Source: Cryomorphaceae bacterium (GTDB lineage: Bacteria > Bacteroidota > Bacteroidia > Flavobacteriales > Schleiferiaceae). From it: 35,367 nucleotides of DNA. Positions within the stretch are counted from its first letter, which is position 1, and each line of letters begins with the position of its first letter. The notes beneath the pieces were generated by a model, which did not search any database, was not told where the DNA came from, and saw nothing but the letters and a program-made list of their open reading frames with translations. This document shows, in pieces, positions 18,238 to 26,440 of this stretch. The translations under genes were made by a program, and so were the position numbers. The stretch lies in contig JABMNC010000070.1 of the NCBI GenBank assembly GCA_013205365.1, positions 1 to 35,367 on the forward strand, in the 5' to 3' direction.

Positions 18238-18672
18238 CTACTTGCTTTGCAAATAGGCCTTAGTGGCTTCTTGCTCAATCTTATGGGTGAACGGAACCTT
18301 CATGAGTTTCGACTTGGTAACCCAAACCGGTCGTTCGCCGTCGTTCTCTGGAACCTCCACCTCGGCAGAGGTTGCAAAGTCCAAGGGGCCCAAGGCGGTC
18401 ACTCGGTAGAAAAAACTAAAGACTTGGTACTGCGAATCAAAGGCCGAAATGACGGGGAACTCGTTAAAGAAAACCAGGTCGCCAATGCTTATCTCGAGCC
18501 CTAGCTCTTCTTGAAACTCACGTGCAAGAGCCTCTCGAAGGCCCTCACCCCACTCTACTCCGCCGCCAGGGTACTTAACGAGGGGCATTCCCCTGAAGCG
18601 TTCCGCACTGACCAAGACTCTTCCTTGATCATCCTCAAGAAATCCATAGACCCTTAGGGTGCGCAAGCTCAT
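18238..18672 (-). CDS. Nudix hydrolase
   Basis: Nudix box GGGVEWGEGLREALAREFQEELGLE. ATG 18672 chosen; GTG 18678 is an alternative start. Confidence 0.88.
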   Translation of the reverse strand: MSLRTLRVYGFLEDDQGRVLVSAERFRGMPLVKYPGGGVEWGEGLREALAREFQEELGLEISIGDLVFFNEFPVISAFDSQYQVFSFFYRVTALGPLDFATSAEVEVPENDGERPVWVTKSKLMKVPFTHKIEQEATKAYLQSK

Positions 18673-18708
18673 CGACACCTATAATTTTGAAGCACAATGA
18701 CGGCGTGC

Positions 18709-19167
18709 TTAAGAAGCGAGAGTGGCAGCCTTGATGCCGCCAATGCGCTCGAGCGGCCCAGGGCAGTGCTGCTGGTGGCAAGACTCGCAGGTTGAAATTA
18801 CCGCGTTGAAGGCCTCGATTTGGGCCTCCACATCTCCTTGATTTTTAATTGCCTGATAGAGGTTGTCGAGGTTGGCGAGGTAGGCCTCGGCAAAACCCGG
18901 GAAGCTCTCTTTAATGTCTTCAGGTTTGGTAGGCTGGTCGGTCTTAATGGACTCGTGAGCCATCCGCAAGGATTCCACGTCAGCGAGGGTCAGCGTTCCT
19001 TCCTGTGCCTTGATTTTGAGCGCCTCCATGTCGGCAGTCATTGCCTGCATGGTCGCCGCTAGGGCACTGGGCTCGGGCAAGCGCGGATTCCTCTTTGGCG
19101 CACTGGGCTCCTGATTGCAGGACGCCGCGAGGGCAAGAGCCGCGAGGGCAAGGGTTAGCTTAAGCAT
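18709..19167 (-). CDS. lipoprotein with a C-terminal CXXCH heme-binding motif (possible class II/cytochrome c'-like cytochrome)
   Basis: Lipobox LAASC. The mature part is predicted to be all-helical. CESCH is encoded at 18775-18789 near the C-terminus, followed by QQHCPGP. Confidence 0.55.
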   Translation of the reverse strand: MLKLTLALAALALAASCNQEPSAPKRNPRLPEPSALAATMQAMTADMEALKIKAQEGTLTLADVESLRMAHESIKTDQPTKPEDIKESFPGFAEAYLANLDNLYQAIKNQGDVEAQIEAFNAVISTCESCHQQHCPGPLERIGGIKAATLAS

Positions 19168-19177
19168 GGGTCTCCAA

Positions 19178-19693
19178 CTATTTTGCTTCGGATTCCTCTA
19201 CCTTATCGGTAGTCGCTTCTTTTTGAGGAAGTGCTACGCCAGAGGCCGTGATGGTCAGACGTACCTCAGGCTTGGTAATCGCAGCGACCACACTGTCTGG
19301 TTCGTTGGCGTCGCGAGCCTGCTCCTGCAGCCACTCTACGCTTAACTCCTTTTTTTGAACGGAACCCGCAATGCGTGCAAGCTCTCCGCTGGCATCCATG
19401 GGAACAAAAAATGCGTAGTCTTTGAACCGGACCAATCCGGTGACGTTGGAGTCAAGCGCAACCTCCATCCAGCAGCCTTTAGTCTGGCAAACGGCCTGAA
19501 TGGGAGCCTCAAAGGTGACCCAAACGGAGTCGCTGGACTCCAGTGCTTCAAGAACCTGGGCGCCCGTGAGCACCTCGCTGGCAATGAGGCTTGAATCGCC
19601 AAAGTAATCAAAAACAACAGCCTCTTCGGTGGGGCTTTGGGTACAGGATGCCATTAGGATGCTGGCAGCTAAGAAGGTAGAGTAGGTTCTCAT
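19178..19693 (-). CDS. DUF4920-like lipoprotein
   Basis: ORF 19178..19759 trimmed to ATG 19693 (MRTYSTFLAASILMASC lipobox). The CQTKGCWM motif is what I associate with DUF4920. Confidence 0.65.
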   Translation of the reverse strand: MRTYSTFLAASILMASCTQSPTEEAVVFDYFGDSSLIASEVLTGAQVLEALESSDSVWVTFEAPIQAVCQTKGCWMEVALDSNVTGLVRFKDYAFFVPMDASGELARIAGSVQKKELSVEWLQEQARDANEPDSVVAAITKPEVRLTITASGVALPQKEATTDKVEESEAK

Positions 19694-19711
19694 TATAGGG
19701 TTATAAGAATG

Positions 19712-19719
19712 CAAAAATA
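19712..19719 (-). promoter_or_regulatory. -7 promoter box TATTTTTG for the DUF4920/CXXCH-lipoprotein/Nudix operon
   Basis: Minus-strand reading of caaaaata, 18 nt before ATG 19693. Confidence 0.5.
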
Positions 19720-19721
19720 CG

Positions 19722-19729
19722 TACCTTTG
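19722..19729 (+). promoter_or_regulatory. -7 promoter box TACCTTTG for ilvE
   Basis: Perfect TAnnTTTG, 45 nt before ATG 19775. It sits back-to-back (2 nt apart) with the minus-strand box. Confidence 0.55.
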
Positions 19730-19774
19730 CACTGCTTTGGCGCGGACGTCAAGCCACAACCCAATCTTGCCTCA

Positions 19775-20827
19775 ATGAAGATTATCCGCACCACCCAATC
19801 CCGCATTAGTGAAGTTGACTTTGCCAACCTCGAATTCGGTACGGGCCTTTCTGACCACACCTTTCTCAGTGAATACTCCAACGGCAACTGGGATGAGGGT
19901 CGTGTTGAACCTTATGGTCCACTAAAGCAGGGCCTTGCACTGCATGCACTGCACTACGGTCAAGCTGTTTTTGAAGGCCAAAAGGCCTACCGCCAAGTCG
20001 ACGGAGGCATAGCCGTATTTCGTCCGCGCGACAACGCGAAGCGACTTAACCGCAGTGGTGCGCGAATGATGATTCCGGAACTGCCCGAAGAACTCTTCAT
20101 GAACGGTCTTGATGCCCTTATCGCGGTCGACCAAAACTGGGTGCCTTATGGCGACAACCAATCGCTCTACCTGCGTCCTTTTTTGTTTGGCAGCAGTGAA
20201 TTTATTACGGCTCGCCCCTCCGAAGACTACACCTTCGGTATCGTAACCAGCCCGTCAGGAGAGCTTTACACCAAACCCGTTAGAGTTAAAGTCGAACGTC
20301 AGTTTACCCGCGCCACCGAGGGCGGAGTGGGATTCGCAAAGGCCGCAGGCAACTACGGAGGGGCTTTTTTAGCCACCCGAGAGGCCGTACAGCAAGGCTA
20401 CCAGCAGGTTCTTTGGACCGACCACCACAACCACGAGTACTTCGAAGAGGCCGGAACCATGAACGTCGCCTTCGTTGTTCGCGGAACCCTTGTTACCCCG
20501 GCCTTAAGCGACCGGATTTTGGCGGGTATTACTCGTGACTCCATTTTGACCCTTTGCAAGGACTGGGGTATTCCCGTGGAGGAACGCCCAATTACGGTAA
20601 CAGAAATTATCGATGCTTCCCTGTCAGGAGAGCTCCAGGAGGCTTTTGGAATGGGAACTGCTGCGGTGGTGAGCCCCATTGAGGCCTTTGGAATGGATGA
20701 TAAACTCTATTCGGTGCCGGTTCCCGAGGACGGAATTGCAGCCCGCATGCGCGCCGCACTTAGCGACATTCGATACGGACGGCTTGAGGATAGCCACGGC
20801 TGGATGCACCGCGTAGCCCTGCGCTGA
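19775..20827 (+). CDS. ilvE: branched-chain amino acid aminotransferase (fold type IV)
   Basis: ORF 19709..20827 trimmed to ATG 19775. About 350 aa with LHYGQAVFEGQKAY, YLRPFLFG, EEAGTMNVAF, GITRDS, GTAAVVSP. Confidence 0.92.
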   Translation: MKIIRTTQSRISEVDFANLEFGTGLSDHTFLSEYSNGNWDEGRVEPYGPLKQGLALHALHYGQAVFEGQKAYRQVDGGIAVFRPRDNAKRLNRSGARMMIPELPEELFMNGLDALIAVDQNWVPYGDNQSLYLRPFLFGSSEFITARPSEDYTFGIVTSPSGELYTKPVRVKVERQFTRATEGGVGFAKAAGNYGGAFLATREAVQQGYQQVLWTDHHNHEYFEEAGTMNVAFVVRGTLVTPALSDRILAGITRDSILTLCKDWGIPVEERPITVTEIIDASLSGELQEAFGMGTAAVVSPIEAFGMDDKLYSVPVPEDGIAARMRAALSDIRYGRLEDSHGWMHRVALR

Positions 20828-20830
20828 TAG

Positions 20831-21409
20831 CTACATTCCAAGGCGCTTCTGCACCATTATTTCTACCGCCTGGCAGAGGCTCAGGGGGTCTTTAACTCGC
20901 CATGTACTTAGGCGAAACCGCTCCCCCGACCAAAGGTATCGGCTGATTCTTGCCTGCGCCAGCTCCTCAAAAACGTGCTGGCGAAAGTTGAGCCCGACCA
21001 CCCAACCGCCCTCTTCTTCAACCTCCTCGGCCCACTCTGCATAATATTCCTCGCTGCCGGCGTGCAGGTTGAGAAGGTTGTCTCCGATGAGCACAAAGCG
21101 CTGAATGCCCTCTAGGAGCATGGGGTCGATTACCCTCCTTTTGACCTCCATAATGTCGTTGTGAAGGGCATCGTTCCATTCGCCGATGAGCTCAATTATG
21201 GCGCAGCCCTCGGCGTAATCCACAAATAAAACCTTCATAAAAAGCGTTTCGCATCCGATGTCGTCCCATTCGGGGTTGATGACGTAGTCGTACATCTGGT
21301 GGTAGATTCCGTTTGAAGGTGCGCCCTGGTTCAAAAAAAATGGACTGCGCGAATCTTCGGATGCGATGTATCGGCTGCGCCAGGCACTATGGGGCTGAAT
21401 GGAATGCAT
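20831..21409 (-). CDS. conserved hypothetical acidic protein (192 aa)
   Basis: Long ORF with coding-like composition. I recall similar Flavobacteriia hypotheticals (ELIGEWND..HNDIM). No assignable domain. Confidence 0.6.
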   Translation of the reverse strand: MHSIQPHSAWRSRYIASEDSRSPFFLNQGAPSNGIYHQMYDYVINPEWDDIGCETLFMKVLFVDYAEGCAIIELIGEWNDALHNDIMEVKRRVIDPMLLEGIQRFVLIGDNLLNLHAGSEEYYAEWAEEVEEEGGWVVGLNFRQHVFEELAQARISRYLWSGERFRLSTWRVKDPLSLCQAVEIMVQKRLGM

Positions 21410-21450
21410 TGTAGTTGCGAACTGAGGCGCTAAGTTCGTGTTTAGAAACT

Positions 21451-22338
21451 ATGATTTACTGCATCACCGGAGGAACCGGTCTCGTTGGCCGCGCCGTCAA
21501 GCAAGCCCTTATCGATCAAGGACATACTGTAAGGATTCTCAGTCGCAATCCCCGTCGTGAGGGTGAGTATTCCTGGGATCCTTCGCAGCAAACGTTGGAT
21601 CCGGCCGCCTTGGATGGGGCTCATGGCATTGTTCATCTGGCCGGAGCTTCGGTCTCGTCCCGATGGACGGCAAGCCATAAAAGGGCCATAATGAATAGCC
21701 GAATTCAGGGTGCTCAAACCCTTTACGGCGGCATAGAAGCCATGGCGACCCGACCCGAAGTATTTGTTGGAGCTTCGGCTGTGGGTATATACCCGAGCAG
21801 CCTCGACCGAGTGTACACCGAGCTCGACGGAGGCGCCAGGGGTTTTCTGGGCGACGTAGTTCGGGAGTGGGAGGCGCAGTCCGACCGCTTTGAATCCCTC
21901 GGGATTCGTGTGGCTAAAGTCCGCATTGGAATTGTCTTAGGCCGCAATAACGGCATTCTGAAGATGCTGCTGCCGATTTTTAGGCTTGGTTTGGGCAGCG
22001 CCCTGGGCAATGGCAAGCAGTGGTTGCCCTGGATTCACGTTGACGACCTCGCTGCCATGATTGCTCGACTGGCGACCGACCCCACGCTTCAAGGCACCTG
22101 GAACGGTACTGGACCAGAATCTGCCACCAATCGTGACTTTAGTACTGCCCTTGCCCAGGCAGTGAAGCGTCCATTATGGTTGCCCGCGCCGCCGGTATGG
22201 ATCCTCAAGCTAGTTTTGGGAGAAATGGCACAAATTGCTATTATGAGCACCCATTGTTCGGCGCAAAAATGGAATACCATCGGATTCAAGTACCGATTCA
22301 GCACTCTATCTGCTGCCTTTAAGGACCTCCTGGATTAG
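21451..22338 (+). CDS. TIGR01777/YfcH-like NAD-dependent epimerase family protein (SDR with DUF1731 C-terminus)
   Basis: ORF trimmed to ATG 21451 (MIYCITGGTGLVGRAV Rossmann motif). About 295 aa. Confidence 0.8.
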   Translation: MIYCITGGTGLVGRAVKQALIDQGHTVRILSRNPRREGEYSWDPSQQTLDPAALDGAHGIVHLAGASVSSRWTASHKRAIMNSRIQGAQTLYGGIEAMATRPEVFVGASAVGIYPSSLDRVYTELDGGARGFLGDVVREWEAQSDRFESLGIRVAKVRIGIVLGRNNGILKMLLPIFRLGLGSALGNGKQWLPWIHVDDLAAMIARLATDPTLQGTWNGTGPESATNRDFSTALAQAVKRPLWLPAPPVWILKLVLGEMAQIAIMSTHCSAQKWNTIGFKYRFSTLSAAFKDLLD

Positions 22339-22346
22339 TATATTTG
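22339..22346 (+). promoter_or_regulatory. -7 box TATATTTG in front of the membrane-protein gene
   Basis: Perfect TAnnTTTG immediately after the yfcH-like stop. 6 nt before ATG 22353. The TTG at 22344 lies inside the box. Confidence 0.4.
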
Positions 22347-22352
22347 GCGGAG

Positions 22353-22862
22353 ATGTACCGCGACGAATTCCGCATTCCGAAAGGCTTTTTATGGGTAATC
22401 GGAATAACCACCTTTACCTCAACGGTTATGATGGTAGCCGTCTCGAGCAAGACGGGCTGGAGCGCCGAAGTAGCTTGGGCCATAGCCGCAACCCTAGGCA
22501 TTCAGGTTTTTACCGGCTGGCTAATTATGAGGCCCTGCCGCATAGAGGCAAACGCCGACGGTCTAAGCATCCGATACCGTCCTTTCAATGTCGGACCTAA
22601 GAAGGTACCATGGTCTCAAGTGCTTCGAATTTACCATGCTAAGGTGGACCCCATGGGTGACTATATGGGCTATGGAGTGCGCATTAAGGGCTGGAAGCGC
22701 GAGGGGCGCGTTATTGCATATGCCTTTGAAGAAGGCATGTACGCCTTTTTCGTTAGACAGAATGCGCCTACCGTAGCCTTTCAAATCACAAAATCCGAGG
22801 AATGGAATACAGTTTTGGACGCACTCGAGCAGCGCGGAATCTCCGTCGAACGGATACCCTAG
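22353..22862 (+). CDS. hypothetical membrane protein (two N-terminal TM helices plus a soluble domain)
   Basis: ORF 22344..22862 with ATG 22353 preferred. Hydrophobic segments FLWVIGITTFTSTVMMVAV and VAWAIAATLGIQVFTGWLI. Confidence 0.6.
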   Translation: MYRDEFRIPKGFLWVIGITTFTSTVMMVAVSSKTGWSAEVAWAIAATLGIQVFTGWLIMRPCRIEANADGLSIRYRPFNVGPKKVPWSQVLRIYHAKVDPMGDYMGYGVRIKGWKREGRVIAYAFEEGMYAFFVRQNAPTVAFQITKSEEWNTVLDALEQRGISVERIP

Positions 22863-24649
22863 GCCTCTTGAGACCCAAAAAACTGCTTGGCGTATAGGTT
22901 TGCATAAGTCCCTCCTTCCTTTAGCAGGGCGTTATGGCTGCCCTGTTCTACTACCCGTCCATGCTCGAGCACCGCGATGCGGTCGGCATGAAGAACAGTA
23001 GCAAAGCGGTGCGCAACCACAATGGACGTGCGGCCTGCGGTAATGGTTTCAGTGGCCTTTTGAATCCAGGCCTCGGACTGTGAATCCACCGAGGAGGTCG
23101 CCTCGTCTAAAATCAGCACGTCGGGGTTTACCAAATAGGCCCTCAAAAAAGCCAAAAGCTGGCGCTGCCCCGTAGAGAGCATGCCGCCGCGCTCCTTGAC
23201 GTCGTAGTCGAGGCCGCCGGGTAGGCTTTGCAAGAAATCCTTGATGCCCATGGCCTCCGCGGCGGTCATAATATCGGAATCGGGAATGGGTCGGTACAGC
23301 GTTACGTTGTTGCGAACTGTATCGCTAAACAGAAAAACGTCCTGCTGCACCAGGGCATATCGGCTTCGGAGGTCGGCAAAATTCCAGTCCTTAACTGCTA
23401 CCCCGTCCACTCGAACTTCACCCGAATTGGGATGGTACATGCCCGCCAAAAGGGCTATCAAGGTGGACTTCCCGCTGCCGGTAGAGCCTACTAGGGCGAG
23501 CATTTCTCCGGGCTTCGCCGACAGGCTAACCTCATGGAGCACAGGCTGACCCTCTTGATAGGCAAAAGACACCCTATCGAATTCTACACTGCCCATGACC
23601 TTGGACCCGCGGTGTGCGCCAGGCCGCTCCAGTTGGTCGTCGCGCTCCACGAGCTTGAGCACCCGATCGCTTGCCACCATACCCATTTGAAGCGTATTAA
23701 AGCGGTCTGCAAGCTGCCGAAGCGGACGGTAAAGCATGTTGATGAACAGGGTTAGGGCTGTTAAATCACCAATGCTTACGCTGCCCGGATCAACCAGCGA
23801 GCGCCAGCCTCCGTACCAAATTGCCAGACCAATAGACAGGGCCGACAGCATGTCAATTATGGGCAAAAACAAAGAAAAGTACCATATACTTTTAATGTTG
23901 GCGTCGCGATGCCGCTGGTTTATGGCCTCAAAACGACTGGCCTCCTTGCCTTCGCGGCCAAAAAGCTGTACGACGGCAATGCCAGTAATCCGCTCCTGAA
24001 CAAAGGTGTTGAGCGCTGCTACTTGGTTTCTGACGTCGGTAAAAGCAGACTTAATGCTTTTTTGAAACCAACGGGTCGCCAAAAAAAGAATTGGAATTAC
24101 CGACAGGCTGACGGCCACCATTCCCGCGTCAAAGAGCAGGAACATCGCAGCAATCATTAAGAAAATTTTAAAGAGATCCCCAAAAATTACCAGCAAGCCT
24201 TCGGCAAAAATATCGGCCATGGTCTCCACGTCGCTCACCGTCCGCGTGACCAACTGACCCACGGGAGTGCTGTCAAAAAAAGACGTATTAAAATGCAGCA
24301 ACTGCCCAAACAAACGCACGCGCACGTCGCGGATTACCCTCTGACCAAGTTCATTGGTAGCCAGTACAAAAAACCATTGACCGATGGCCTCCACAACCAA
24401 GGCGCTGACCAGCAAGGCAATGCTCCAGTGCAGCATGGTTAGATTCTGCTCCTCAACCGCATAGTCTACCGCAACCTTGACCAAATAGGGCCTCAGGGTC
24501 GTAACGGCCCCTAATGCAATGCTCAGAACCGCTGCAGCGCGAAGCAGGAATCGGTAGGGTTTGGCAAACTTCAAAACCCTGCGCAGCACCGCCCAGTCAA
24601 AGACTTTGCCGCTAACGCTTGGGGATGAATTGGGGTTTTTCTCGGCCAT
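22859..24649 (-). CDS. ABC transporter permease/ATP-binding fusion protein (MsbA-like exporter)
   Basis: Six-TM exporter domain, then Walker A GSTGSGKST, signature LSTGQRQLL, Walker B LILDEATS. ATG 24649 chosen because the upstream alternative start at 24682 lies inside a -7 box. Confidence 0.9.
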   Translation of the reverse strand: MAEKNPNSSPSVSGKVFDWAVLRRVLKFAKPYRFLLRAAAVLSIALGAVTTLRPYLVKVAVDYAVEEQNLTMLHWSIALLVSALVVEAIGQWFFVLATNELGQRVIRDVRVRLFGQLLHFNTSFFDSTPVGQLVTRTVSDVETMADIFAEGLLVIFGDLFKIFLMIAAMFLLFDAGMVAVSLSVIPILFLATRWFQKSIKSAFTDVRNQVAALNTFVQERITGIAVVQLFGREGKEASRFEAINQRHRDANIKSIWYFSLFLPIIDMLSALSIGLAIWYGGWRSLVDPGSVSIGDLTALTLFINMLYRPLRQLADRFNTLQMGMVASDRVLKLVERDDQLERPGAHRGSKVMGSVEFDRVSFAYQEGQPVLHEVSLSAKPGEMLALVGSTGSGKSTLIALLAGMYHPNSGEVRVDGVAVKDWNFADLRSRYALVQQDVFLFSDTVRNNVTLYRPIPDSDIMTAAEAMGIKDFLQSLPGGLDYDVKERGGMLSTGQRQLLAFLRAYLVNPDVLILDEATSSVDSQSEAWIQKATETITAGRTSIVVAHRFATVLHADRIAVLEHGRVVEQGSHNALLKEGGTYANLYAKQFFGSQEA

Positions 24650-25412
24650 CGAACAGGCACTCGGCAAAAGCCGCGCCCGCAAAGGTAAGTCCCTGGGCAG
24701 GCGCAGACGGGCCCGAATCCGTCCTTTTTTGGCCTTGGCACAGGGTCTCCCAAGCGTCTATTCCCCGGTCGGCTATGGCCTGCTCGATCATGGTTCCGAC
24801 CAAGGCGCGGACCATGTTTCGCAAAAATCTAGATCCCTCAATTTCAAATAGTAAGTCATCACCCAAAACATTCCACTGGGCATGGCTTATGCTGCACATT
24901 CCATTGGTCGGAGCGCTCCCGCTTCGCTCAAATGCACCAAAATGGTGCGTACCGACAATACTCTCAGCCATTTGATGCAGCAGCTGCACATTCAAGGTTC
25001 GATCAAGTTGCCAAGCGGTATCGCGGCCAAAAACCACCTTAGTGCGCTGAATTCGGTATTGATAGGACCTCGACACTGCACTAAATCGAGCATGAAAATC
25101 CATGGTAACCGGTACCGCTTCAAACAGGACCAGGTCGTCGGGCAAAAACCGATTCATGCGGTAGACCATTTCGGAGCAGTCCACCACCGAATTGGTATCA
25201 AAATGAGCAATGTAGTTGAGCGCATGCACCCCAGAATCTGTGCGGCCTACGCCCAGAACTTCGACCTCGGACCGCAGCCATGTGGCCAGTGCGGACTCCA
25301 GACTCTCTTGTACCGTGCGGCCTGCAGCCTGCCGCTGCCAGCCAAGAAATTTCGCGCCGTGGTAGGACAAGCGCATTGCATAACGATGGGTGAACGAACT
25401 TTGAGGCGACAT
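24612..25412 (-). CDS. truA: tRNA pseudouridine(38-40) synthase
   Basis: RYAMRLSYHGAKFLGWQRQ and catalytic GRTDSGVHA. ATG 25412 chosen because the conserved RY lies upstream of the next ATG and TTG 25421 lies inside the -7 box. Confidence 0.9.
   Translation of the reverse strand: MSPQSSFTHRYAMRLSYHGAKFLGWQRQAAGRTVQESLESALATWLRSEVEVLGVGRTDSGVHALNYIAHFDTNSVVDCSEMVYRMNRFLPDDLVLFEAVPVTMDFHARFSAVSRSYQYRIQRTKVVFGRDTAWQLDRTLNVQLLHQMAESIVGTHHFGAFERSGSAPTNGMCSISHAQWNVLGDDLLFEIEGSRFLRNMVRALVGTMIEQAIADRGIDAWETLCQGQKRTDSGPSAPAQGLTFAGAAFAECLFDGREKPQFIPKR
24680..24687 (-). promoter_or_regulatory. -7 promoter box TACCTTTG for the ABC exporter, inside the truA 3' coding region
   Basis: Minus-strand reading of caaaggta, 30 nt before ATG 24649. 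Confidence 0.5.
25396..25403 (+). promoter_or_regulatory. -7-like box GAACTTTG for the phosphoesterase gene
   Basis: One mismatch to TAnnTTTG. 7 nt before ATG 25411. It lies inside truA codons. Confidence 0.3.
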
Positions 25413-25938
25413 GAATACCAAAGGTAGGGCCTTAAAAATCCTCGTACTCTCCGACAGCCACGGCCATCTCGACGACCGAATCCTCGCCCATGCTGCCGAG
25501 GCCGACGAGGTCTGGCATGCCGGAGACGTTGGATCGCTCGACGTTGTTGATCGCCTGGCTTCCGCTTCTAAAGTGCTGCGCGGCGTTTATGGCAACATCG
25601 ACGATGCCGCTTTGCGAAGAACCTGGCCGCTGAACCAACGGTTTACTGCGGGCGGGTTGCGCGTCTGGATCACCCACATCGCCGGGCCCGCGGGTCGCCT
25701 GCCCAAAGACATTAAGGCCGGTTTAAAGGCGGATCCGGTCGATCTGCTGGTTTGCGGACACTCTCATATTCTGCGCGTTGGTCAAGACGCCTCCGGGGTT
25801 TTGTGTATGAACCCAGGGGCATGCGGTGTGCATGGCTTTCATAAGGTGCGGACCATGCTTCGCTTCACGATTCAGGAAGGCAAGGTCGAGAACTTGTCGG
25901 TTATAGAGCTCGGCGCACGTGGTGCACTCCAGCCCTGA
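25411..25938 (+). CDS. YfcE/MJ0936-family metallophosphoesterase
   Basis: LVLSDSHGH, HAGDVGS, YGNID, GHSHI metallophosphoesterase motifs. 175 aa. Confidence 0.85.
   Translation: MNTKGRALKILVLSDSHGHLDDRILAHAAEADEVWHAGDVGSLDVVDRLASASKVLRGVYGNIDDAALRRTWPLNQRFTAGGLRVWITHIAGPAGRLPKDIKAGLKADPVDLLVCGHSHILRVGQDASGVLCMNPGACGVHGFHKVRTMLRFTIQEGKVENLSVIELGARGALQP
25419..25426 (-). promoter_or_regulatory. -7 promoter box TACCTTTG for truA, inside the phosphoesterase coding sequence
   Basis: Minus-strand reading of caaaggta, 6 nt before the truA ATG 25412. Confidence 0.55.
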
Positions 25939-26322
25939 CTACTTCTTTTTAGCCTTTGGGCGAAAGCGATCTGCCTCCCGAACCTTGGCTTCGTCGACCT
26001 GAATGGCTCGGTTTGCCATTGAGGCCAAAACAACAGCGACCAGAGGTAGGGCAAGGGCCCAGGGCTTTTGAGTTTGAGATTCCAAGTCCGCGTTAAAAAC
26101 AGGAATAAGGTAGACCGCCTCAAGGGCGAAGGCAACGATTATTCCGATGCGATTGACCACAAATTGACGCTGCCTGTACCTAAAGTAGGTGGTATTGGCG
26201 GTGAATAAAGCCACGCCCAGTCCCGCAATTAGCGAGGTCCAGGCGGTCTCGTTGGCTGCACCAACAATAAATAAGCATAGGGCCGCAAGGGCCATGTATA
26301 GAGTTTGAATTCGTTGCCACAT
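25939..26322 (-). CDS. DUF4293-like membrane protein
   Basis: ORF trimmed to ATG 26322 ([15 protein letters not shown], the N-terminus I associate with DUF4293). Four hydrophobic helices. Confidence 0.65.
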   Translation of the reverse strand: MWQRIQTLYMALAALCLFIVGAANETAWTSLIAGLGVALFTANTTYFRYRQRQFVVNRIGIIVAFALEAVYLIPVFNADLESQTQKPWALALPLVAVVLASMANRAIQVDEAKVREADRFRPKAKKK

Positions 26323-26328
26323 AGACTG

Positions 26329-26336
26329 CAAAGGTC
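26329..26336 (-). promoter_or_regulatory. -7-like box GACCTTTG for the DUF4293 gene
   Basis: One mismatch. 6 nt before ATG 26322. Confidence 0.3.
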
Positions 26337-26356
26337 TTGCATTGCGATGGTTAGTG

Positions 26357-26364
26357 TATATTTG
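26357..26364 (+). promoter_or_regulatory. -7 promoter box TATATTTG for rho
   Basis: Perfect TAnnTTTG, 76 nt before the rho ATG 26441, which predicts a leader of about 70 nt. A second, weaker box TACATTTA lies at 26428-26435. Confidence 0.5.
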
Positions 26365-26440
26365 CTGCGACAAAAGGCGATATTTTAGCCTGTCACCAAC
26401 CGTACGTTACTGTTTTTTAGTCCCTTATACATTTATTGGT

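Noticed and set aside
18682-18689. A plus-strand TAATTTTG box between the Nudix and CXXCH-lipoprotein genes.
   Set aside because: No plus-strand gene lies downstream, since the next 1 kb is minus-strand coding. It is most simply a chance AT-rich match in a short intergenic spacer.
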